64,000 bases of DNA from Oopsacas minuta (Eukaryota; Animalia; Porifera): the NCBI GenBank assembly GCA_024704765.1, contig JAKMXF010000188.1, forward strand, positions 1 through 64,000, read 5' to 3'. Below the pieces are notes generated by a model. It was not told where the DNA came from and ran no database searches. It saw only the letters and a program-made list of their open reading frames with translations. Below, piece by piece: positions 11,109-21,100 of this stretch (the first letter of the stretch is position 1; the number at the start of each line of letters is the position of its first letter). A program made the translations under genes and the position numbers.

Positions 11109-11389
11109 CCCTCCGTATCTATTTTATTAATATTTATCCTATGTTGTACTGTGTGTTTATTCAAACATTTTCAGTGAGATTTGATACTCATTTTATTCCA
11201 ATGGATTATACCAAGTTGCAACCGAATATCAGTATTTGCTTTCTTCGGTTACTGAACTATTGATATTTCTAATCATTCTCAATGACAATCTTAAGACAAT
11301 ATAAAAATCCCGTATTTTGATATAACCGAAATTACTGGAGTTGATTGTAATACATTTTGTATACAACTAATGTAGTATGAACCTTTAGC

Positions 11390-12643
11390 ATGTTTAAAAT
11401 TGAAAAGTTAAAATACATCTATAAGAGATTAGACGTTGACAACTACAAGTATAGATGGGATCAGGATGGTGAGTTGATTGTTTCCTCTGAGCTTCTCACT
11501 TCCAATTGCGAAACGTTAGACATAGGAGAGCTCCTTCCTCGTGCTAGGAGCGGACACAAGGCATTCTTCTACGCTGGAGCTTTTTACATATACGGTGGTT
11601 ACAAGAAAGGAGAGGATAACACACTAAAGGATGCATGGAGGTACTATCCACTCATGCACCATTGGGAGAAAGTAGAGCCTGGTACGGAAATTCCATCTGA
11701 GAATCTGTCTTGTGCTTCAACCCAGGTCAGAGATAAGTTATATCAGTTTGGGGGATCAGGAGCTACTTTCGGATACACAAATTCTTGTAAACTTTACGAG
11801 GTAGATCTTGAATCTCTATCTTTTACCCTAATTAAGCTAGCCAGTGAAGTGTCTATCTGTCCAACTCCTGGTTACGGACACAGCCTAACGTATTCAGGAG
11901 AGAACAAATGTCTCTATTTATGTTGTGGAACTGATGGTCGTGCCTATGAGAAAAGAATCTTTAAATTCAGTCTTTCAGAGAACGAATGGAGTGTTATGAA
12001 TCCTGATAAACAGTGTGTTACCCCTCGCTACAGACAAGAGTCATTTGTATGGAGAGAAGGCTGGTATATAATGGGAGGTGGGATGGTCTTCAAAAGTTTC
12101 GATATGACATGTATGCACAGGTTCTGTTTCAATTCTGAAAAATGGGAGATTATGCCTATACTACCCGACACCACACACGGATATCCAGCAGAGCGTCGTG
12201 GATTTGCCTCTATACTCTACAGAAATAGACTTTATATCATCGGAGGCTCTCTTATCAATCCAGAATCAAATGAATTCCATTTAGTGATAGATGAAGGGCT
12301 ATGGTACATAGATCTTGAATGGATGACATGGCGAATTGTCAAAGGATGTAAGCTTCCTACGCCGGTTGACTTTTTTGCTGCTGCAGTTGAGGATAACGGT
12401 AAGATAATAATACACGGAGGGAGGGACGATCTTGCCAAGAACGTTAGGACACCTGAAACCTTCATACTCTGGGTTGATGTACCTCCACTTGTAGAACTGT
12501 GTTGGGAGAAGATTAAGATCTGGGAGAAAGAGAAATTCCTAACTCTTCCTCTGTCTCAACTGATGGCATTTGGATTACCAAGGACTATAGCTATGAAAGT
12601 ATCTCAGTTTGCTGAGTCTTGTAAGGAAAAGCAACGTTGCTGA
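11390..12643 (+). CDS. KLHDC10: Kelch-domain protein 10-like (CRL2 substrate-receptor type), single exon
   Basis: Kelch repeats (PRARSGH..YIYGGY, YQFGGSGATFG, PTPGYGH, PRYRQE, GYPAERRGF, LPTPVDFFAAAV) and a C-terminal VPPLVELCW box. Confidence 0.85.
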   Translation: MFKIEKLKYIYKRLDVDNYKYRWDQDGELIVSSELLTSNCETLDIGELLPRARSGHKAFFYAGAFYIYGGYKKGEDNTLKDAWRYYPLMHHWEKVEPGTEIPSENLSCASTQVRDKLYQFGGSGATFGYTNSCKLYEVDLESLSFTLIKLASEVSICPTPGYGHSLTYSGENKCLYLCCGTDGRAYEKRIFKFSLSENEWSVMNPDKQCVTPRYRQESFVWREGWYIMGGGMVFKSFDMTCMHRFCFNSEKWEIMPILPDTTHGYPAERRGFASILYRNRLYIIGGSLINPESNEFHLVIDEGLWYIDLEWMTWRIVKGCKLPTPVDFFAAAVEDNGKIIIHGGRDDLAKNVRTPETFILWVDVPPLVELCWEKIKIWEKEKFLTLPLSQLMAFGLPRTIAMKVSQFAESCKEKQRC

Positions 12644-12769
12644 TTTGCTTTTTATCTCAGATTGTATTTAATACCAGTTAACACGTTCTTCTTGATTGGA
12701 ATATATAATTTGAGTATTTCTTAGTGATAATTATCATCATCAATATATGATTATTAATTAATAACGGGC

Positions 12770-12965
12770 TGCTTCGCTTGCTCAAGCTGTGCGGCTTGCA
12801 AACACTTTGTGTTCGCATGGGACTCGGCACTTTGTGCCTCGAATTTAGCTATGTATAAAATTACAAAATTGAATTAATAAATAAACATTTCAACAATCTG
12901 TTTGCTTATATTCATCAAAACAATACTCTCATTGTGAGAACTTATCTACCCCTCACACGGATATA
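12770..12965 (+). mobile_element. 5' fragment of a Helitron/Helentron-like non-autonomous repeat
   Basis: acgggctgcttcgcttgc..tttgtgttcgcatgg.actc..cctcgaatttagc matches 20736 onward and, more weakly, ~19885. Confidence 0.55.
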
Positions 12966-13816
12966 TGCTGCAAGTGTTACGACTAATACTACACCTGCAG
13001 TACTGGTTGTAATATATACAGAAATAGACGCGTTATACCAGGGTCCGTGACTCCCCAAAAGCTTGCATTGGAATTAATGGAAGGGGTCCGCGGTTGAAAA
13101 GCTTGCGGACAACTGTACTATAGTATTGGCGCAAAGTTTTTTTCTAACAAAATCAAACCTGGGGTCTACCATACGAATTGCTGCTATCTCTATGTAAATT
13201 TCACATAAGTACAGTCTCCGTCTCTAGGCGTGGGGGTCCAGCCCCCCTCTTCCTCCCAGTACCATACTTGACACATATGCACTATAATTACCATATTCAG
13301 GAAACTATTCGCATGAGCATGCATAATTATTAACGTTATAAGAGCCCAATTGCAATTTGGATAAAATTTTGACAAAAAAGTCCCAAACAGTCCTCTCTAT
13401 CTCAAGTTACACAATTATAAAATAGAGTCTGTGTTAGACCATCACTTGTTCTAATCCGTGAGACTTGACTGGGATCAGACGTACATTCGGTTAATAAGCA
13501 GGTCTGGCAGAGTCGGTACAATATTAGCCATGGCCTGAGAAATAGCCATTTCCGGACCAATAAAATTTGGTTCCGCCGGGACTGATACGTCCTACTTTCA
13601 ATTTCAAACAAAAATTTATTTCCATTCAATATACTTAAGACTCACTTTTGATCAGTAATATACCTTACTTTTTTCCAAAACTGATATTCTATTCTTGAAT
13701 TAATTGTATGGGAACAATATTCATTAAAGACGTACCTTCGGATAATATTTACTACTTGCGTATTATCCGAATTTTACAACATTAATTTTAACACTTAGCT
13801 TATTACTGCTATATAA

Positions 13817-14317
13817 ATGGGAAATATTCCAGCTACCCAATTCTCTGATGAAGAGATTAAGCGTCTGAAGCGTAAGTTCAAGAAACTAGACCTGGATAAG
13901 AACGGAGCTATTTCAGCAAAGGAGTTCATGGCTATCCCAGAGCTGAAGAACAATCCTATCGTGCCACGTGTCATTGAACTATTCGACAAAGATGGGAATG
14001 GGGAAGTTGACTTCAACGAGTTCATACAGGGGATATCTCAGTTCAGCATGCAAGGAGATAGTGAAAGCAAGCTAAGGTTTGCATTTAACATATACGATAT
14101 TGATAGAGATAACTACATCAGTAATGGAGAACTGTTCTTAGTCCTAAAGATGATGGTGGGTAACAATCTGAAGGATGCTCAGCTCCAGCAGATAGTGGAT
14201 AAGACTATTTTATTCGCTGATAAAGATAAAGATGGTAAGATATCTTATGAGGAATTCCTGGAGGTTGTTAGGCCGATTGAGATTGAAGTGGCTGAGAAGA
14301 TGTCAGTTCAAGTATAG
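13817..14317 (+). CDS. PPP3R1: Calcineurin subunit B (four EF-hands), single exon
   Basis: MGN start (myristoylation-type), [75 protein letters not shown]. Confidence 0.97.
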   Translation: MGNIPATQFSDEEIKRLKRKFKKLDLDKNGAISAKEFMAIPELKNNPIVPRVIELFDKDGNGEVDFNEFIQGISQFSMQGDSESKLRFAFNIYDIDRDNYISNGELFLVLKMMVGNNLKDAQLQQIVDKTILFADKDKDGKISYEEFLEVVRPIEIEVAEKMSVQV

Positions 14318-14509
14318 TGCAGTTCTGGGAATAAGTGACTTAGTGTATTGTAGTAATATTTGCTGAACCTTTGTTGAGATTAACTGTGTTAAATTTATAT
14401 ATTTTGTTCAGGGATTTATCTAGGAATTCTGGGTCGCCATTTTCTTGCTGGGACTCTCCTCGGATGGCACCCTATTGGGCGGTTACATATTGATCCCCTA
14501 GGTCTAGAG

Positions 14510-16824
14510 CAGTGTTTCTCAAAGTGGGCCGTAGAGCCCCCTGGGGGGCGCTGAAGGGTTGTAGGGGGGTGGCCACGCAGCAAGGGGCGCTGTGGGTTAT
14601 AGAAAGCGAAACAGAGATACGACCTCAGGTCAAAAAAGTGGTATCATATTCCTCATTATTCATTAACAATAGGTGCTAGCAAATACTTCAATTATCAAAG
14701 CCATTTACAGTGGTAATACTCTTGGTGATTATTAACAACAGCTAATCCTTAAAAATGAATGAAGAATTCTTTTGTTATAATGTCTATGGCTTTCCTAATC
14801 GAAATATAATTATCATTGTTCTTCAAACAAATGTAAACTTCGTAATAGTTAGTAATCTGTTTAATTTCAATATAAATACATACGTAGAAATCTAAACCGA
14901 AAGGAATTGATAAACTCGATCGAAGAAATGAATAGTAAAAAGAAGTGTAGACAGTATAGTGCTGATTATATCAAATACGGATTTGTTAAATCTCCTTCCA
15001 ATGAACAACTCCCAATGTGTTTGTTGTGCGAACAAGTATTTTCTAATGAGGGAATGAAGCCGGCAAGAATGATTGATCATCTGAAATCGCGCCACAGTGA
15101 TAAGGTAGAGAAAGATGTGCAATTCTTCATTAAAATGAGAGACAGCCGAAAAACAATGGGCGGAATATTTGGAAAAATAGATAGACAAAACATTGATGGT
15201 TTGGTTGCCTCCTATAACATTTCGTTACTAATTGCAAAATCTGGTAAGCCACATACAATGGGTGAAAACTTCATTTTACCTGCAATCCAGGAAGCAGTTA
15301 CAACTGTTATGCATTCAGATGGGCGAAGTGTGATTAAGTCCATTCCGTTAAGCAATGATACTGTGGCTAGGAGAATAAATTTAATGGCTAGTGATGTTGA
15401 GAAAACACTATACAGTATACTTAAAACAACGGAATTTTCTCTTCAAATTGACGAATCCACATTGCCAGGTAACGAAGCACTGCTCCTTGCATATGTCCGA
15501 TATATTCTCGAAGGAATAATGGTTGAAGAAATGTTGTTTGCTAGACCACTAGTAACTGACACAAAAGGTGAATCTATCTACAAAGTCGTGGAAAATTTCT
15601 TTCAGGAAAAGGAAATTCCCATGAATAATATCATTGCTTGTGCAACAGATGGGGCGCCAGCTATGGTTGGTAGGCATCGTGGTTTCATTTCGTACTTGAA
15701 AAATGCTGTGCCTGAGGTTTTCGCTATTCACTGCATCGTCCATCGAGAACATTTGGTAGCAAAACATCTAAGTGGTCGCTTGCACAACTCATTGCATATC
15801 GTCATTACTGTTATTAATAAAATCAAAGCTTCCGCAGTCAAGGAAAGAATATTTCGCCAAATATGTCACAAAAACGAAACTGAATTTGAACGTCTGCTTT
15901 GCACACAGAAGTGAGGTGGCTCTCAAAAGGAAAGTGTCTCAGTCGGTTCTACAGTCTTTTCGACACGATTTTAGAATTTTTAGAGGAAGAGAATCCGCAG
16001 TTGATGCAGCTTGTCAGTGCAGCGAAATCAGATGTAGCTTACTTGACTGACATTTTTGATAAGTTCAACGCAATGAACTTGCAACTACAAGGCAATTTAG
16101 TCACTCTGGTCAAGTGTAAAACTGTTGTCAGCTCCTGCATAGGGAAACTAACGTTATTTAAACAAAATATCGGTCGACGAGAATTTTACCAGTTCCCTCA
16201 CCTAGCAGGACTCCAAATTTCAGATGACGATTTGCTAGCATATTGTGAACATCTTGAAGTACTGAAAGCGGATATGATCAAGCGATTCACTGACTTGTTG
16301 GAACTTGAACCGCCTCATTGGCTAATTGACCCTTTCTGTGTGGCTGCCCCAACAGTTCCACTCTATTTGCAGGAAGAGTTGATGGACTTGCAAAGTGATT
16401 GCGAGGAAAAAGCTCATTTTACAATGATGGGGTATGAAAGATTTTGGATTGCAATCGCAGGACGAAATAAATTTCCCAATTTGTGGAAAGTAGCAAAACT
16501 GCTAGTTCTGGCGTTTCCGACATCATATCTCGTTGAGAGAGGTTTTAGTGCAGTCGTTCAATTACTAACGAAGCAAAGAAACAGACTCGATATTTCTCAA
16601 TGCGGAGATTTGAGATTGCTGCTCACTGATATGAAACCAGATATAAATGGGATTATCGACGAACATCACGCTCAAGTACACCCTTCTCATTAATTGATAA
16701 ATAGTACTTATTATCATTAACAAATACGAGTGTAGTAAAAAGATTTAGACTTTCTGGAGGGGGGCGGTATCGAGGGAATATTGTTGACAAGGGGCGCTGC
16801 CCGAAAAAAGTTTGAGAAACACCG
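14510..16824 (+). mobile_element. Full-length hAT transposon, Buster/Charlie subfamily
   Basis: TIRs cagtgtttctcaaa / tttgagaaacaccg; 8-bp TSD gtctagag at 14502-14509 and 16825-16832; internal transposase. Confidence 0.96.
14928..16693 (+). pseudogene. Buster-type transposase interrupted by a single-base frameshift
   Basis: BED-finger-like CLLC..HLKSRH, LQIDES, ATDGAPAM, HCIVH, HTEVRWLS and SYLVERGFS. The frame break at ~15897-15900 reads ctgctttgcac, one T short of L-L-L-H. Confidence 0.92.
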
Positions 16825-18123
16825 GTCTAGAGTTATACAAGGTCTTGAGAGCATGCTCCTAATGCTCCCGTCAAAATTTCATACGCTTAATCAATACGTA
16901 CATTTATATTACGGTATAGGGAAAGGGGCTTATTGTTCACGCTTCTAAATATATTTTGGTCGCAAATCATACGGCTAAATGAGCGCCCCACGGTCCTAGA
17001 TAATTCCCTGAATTCGGGAGAATTCAAGTTTATAACATTGTGTTAGGTCACTGTTAGCTCGAAAACTGTTTCAGCTTCACCGATCACCGCTCGCATCAAG
17101 TTTACTTACCGCATGAATATTGTCACGTGGCCTACGTTAATATAAGGCCTGTTCACTGACATGAAATTTTTGCCTCGATTTGTTACTTACTAACATCCCT
17201 AGTTCAAAGTTTCATGTTTGTGAACAGCCTTATTTTAACGTAGGTCACGATATTTCACCATCAATTCATATTTCCTTACAAAAAAGTGTAGTGATTTATC
17301 TTCACAGCCTTCCTTACGAATCCGCGCTGCACTCCCGCCTGTTGACAAACATTGTAATGTTGTTATGACATGTCTCAAATTAGTGTATAGGTTAGAATAA
17401 ATGCCCCAATAATATAATTGTTCGTACGTCCAGACTTGCTTTCATAACCAATTGACCCTGACAGTGAATATAGTTAGGCTATCATTAGCTGTGTACACTT
17501 TACATCGTATGCAATAAACCATGTTATACAATGGAAATACCCAGACAAGCTTCATTTATGTTTAATATATTTATACGCTTATAATTCTGATTCAATATTT
17601 TATTCTTCTTGTGTTTGGCAAGCTTATAAACCTGATTTCTAATATACTTTTCCACGACTCTCATGCTTACAGTTTTCCAATTTAGACCAAGTGATTCATC
17701 AAATGTTTTAGATTTGTTCTATTTTAATTCACCTTTCTCAAAGTCACATTTTTGTGTCTCAAAACTATATTTTATGACTAACTTCGGAATTTTCTATTTA
17801 TAAGAATCTTGAGAAATCTCACCTTTCTATTGTGAGATTTATGATTTAGTTTCATCTTCTAATGAAATACAAAGGATTATGTATTAAGTGTAAACCCTAA
17901 ATCATGAGAGTTGAGAACCTTGTTGTTAACAACACTCGTTATTCCTACCCAGCTGTTAATCTATTAGTCTAGCTTTAAATTGAAAATTTGGATACCTAAT
18001 AGAATTTGTATCTTAGCAGGATTGTATAAGATATGGTGGCAATCATTTAGGTTCTTTGTAAAAGATTACTATACAAACTATAAAATGTATTATAATGCTT
18101 TGTTTGAATTCCTCATAAATTAG

Positions 18124-21100
18124 ATGGTTAATATCCTCAGGTATTTCCTTCTCTTCGCTCTCTTCTTGCTGCCTTTAGAGATATCTGGCGATTACCTGAT
18201 ATACCCAGGCTCTCTAACCCTCCTCAACTTAACATGTGATCCTAATAGCACCCCCAGTAATAATCTTTCAGGTACTCCTTGTCTGGTAACAGCTGGGGAT
18301 ACAGTACAGCTGTCTGTGAGTATTACTGCTGCTCATGTCAGGAATATGAGTAGTGAGGGCTTTCGAGCGCATCCTTTACTCATTTCCTGCTTACAACGTT
18401 TCTCCTCAAAGCTCTCTGCTATGCCACAAATCTTACAATTCTACCTTTCCCAGCAAGAGGCTCTAGCTCTACCAACTAATGACTCTGCTATTAACACAGA
18501 GCTATTAGATTATCATAGAGCAGGTCTAGCTGTATCTTTCAGCTTTAAGAATGTATCTTTTAATACTTTGTTACAAAATACTGTTACAAGCTGTGTTGAT
18601 AAATTCGCAGCTGAACAGTTCACCGTAGGATTGATACAACTAAGCGATGATACATTGGATCTACAGCTACGTACAGGTTTTAAATTCTATCCTGGAGGTA
18701 TTAATGATACTTACTTCAGTTTAGTAGACAACAGTCTGATACCGGCTACTCTCCCTAATTGCCCTAGTAACGCATTTCTTATTAACTCTACTTACCCAGT
18801 TAGTAACTCCAGACCTGAGCAGGTGGTGGGACAGGTGTATCAACCTGTCAACAGGAGTTCTGAGCAGTTCTTGAATCTACTACAGTATCCTGATACTAAG
18901 GTCATGTTCTCAGGCTGTCCTAACATCATAACTGGTTATTCTATACAACAACGTTGTGCTACTCGTGTCATGTCGTTTAGATTGTATCGTACCTTCAAAG
19001 TACTGGCTGGTTTGCTTGGAAATCTACGTAGCGGTTTGTCTGTTGTACGAAGCTGGTCAACTGATCCTTTCAACATCACAAACCCTCTCTGCTACTCATC
19101 TCCCCTCAACACTAGTTTATTCTCAGAGGGTAGAGCTTTGGTTATGAGAGCTTTAGAGGGTTTCTCTATGGATTATCTGGCTCTTCTATCGCAGTGTGCA
19201 GGATTTGACTATGTGTATTATGGATGTGACTATGTGTTGGTAGCTGTACGTAACCAGAGGAGTACTCCACCTCTTACTGTAGTATTCCCTGAGTCTGTGC
19301 TTCTACCTGTGACTCTGTATGGAGCAGCTATATCACTCTACCCCCTGTCTCCCTCTATCTCTGAGTATTCTCCTCTCTTCGACTCTGACGGGATTAGAGA
19401 CAAGATGCTATCCAAATTTTATACTGTTAATCAACTAGCTGGTCCTGACAGATATTTCAGGATACACCCTGTACTAGTACAGTGTATACAGCTGGTAACA
19501 GAGAGTCTGACTGCTTATCTTTCTTCCTACTCCATCCGTATTCAGCAAGCTTACTCCAGGAGTCTATCTTCTCAGCTAGAAGACTATACTACAGGGTTAG
19601 CTGTCAAATTGTCTATATACCCTACAGGTAAATTTAATAATTTATATATTACTAGATTAGGCTACTAATAGGGTCACCTGATCAGGAAATAGTATCATAC
19701 AAAATACAGTAAAGTCTCGTTAATCCGTACACCAGGGGACTACGAAAATTCGTACTCCTTATCCGGAGTTACTTCTTAACCCTGTTCGTATTAACGAGAC
19801 TCTACTGTAGTATCAAATAGCTCCAGTTAATTGGCTATACCTTATTTTGCCAAAAAGTAGTGTTTTATACTGAGATTATATATACTAGCGCGCTTCGCTT
19901 GCTAAGTCGCTGCGAGACAGCTTTGTGTCTCAGATTTAGCTTAATTATGAAACAGCTAAATTTCTTAGTGCTGGAATGCTGGAGTTGCTACGTAGCCTTT
20001 GGTTAGTAATCTGGGCACTTTGTGCTTCGAGTATTTTGAAATTCTCAAAATTTGGATTTTTGTACAGTCATGATGACGATATAATCCCATGATGAGTTGG
20101 CGGTTGTCAAAGTCATGACGTCATGATATTTGGAATATTGAGGGGGATATGCAGGGGGGTCCAATGCTGTGATCAATTTTAATCACTTATTTCGTAATTT
20201 TGGTTATTCCAATATGCCAAATTTTCATTTCCTCATATACTATTTTACTTACCAATTATCCCTCACGTAGACTACCCACTCCTCAACTTTACCCTGCTAA
20301 CTATACGTAGCTGTGCTCTATACGTATCTCAGCAGCACAATACACTCAGAAGATTACATCTAGGCCTTCTCCCTAACAATTCTCTCTATCTTGCTATTGC
20401 TACAGAATTCACTGCTTGGAGCCAGATCGAATTCTTATCTCCTTATAACTCTACTTTCTACGGCTGGGCTAATACCCGCTATAATGCAGCTCTCAGTGGT
20501 ACTCTAGTTAATCCGGCTAATAAGACTGTTAGCTGTGCTAACACTATACTCTCCTCTCCTCCTAGCCCTGACTATGTCTCTCCTTACACCCTCCCTAGTG
20601 TTATAACATATCTCACAAGTGTACAGCCTAACAATTGTGTCTCTCAGAGTGATACTGAATTCTGCAGTGAGAGTCAGTCTTTCAGGGATAATGCTATAGC
20701 AGAGCTGCTAGTGGTTTGTTATATATTTATAAATTACGAGCCGCTTCGCTTGCGAGCACTCTGTGTTCGCATGGAACTCTCCACTTCACACCTCGAATTC
20801 AGCAAAATATATAATTGCGAAATAGAATTGATAATTTAATCTTTTGAACTAATTGTTTACTTTATATCCATAAAAGTATGTATTTACATACGTATGAGAA
20901 ACTTTAATTTGCGAAATTCGGATTCAGCGTACTCTTTACCCCTATAGATATAAGTCTGTTGAGCAAGTCTCCAAGTATAATTCGAGATTTCAACTATTTG
21001 TTTACTTGTAGTATACTCATAAAACCAACAAATATATTTACCTATAAATTCGGATTCAGCACAAATTCAATATGTTTACTCAAGATTTATAGAATTCTGT

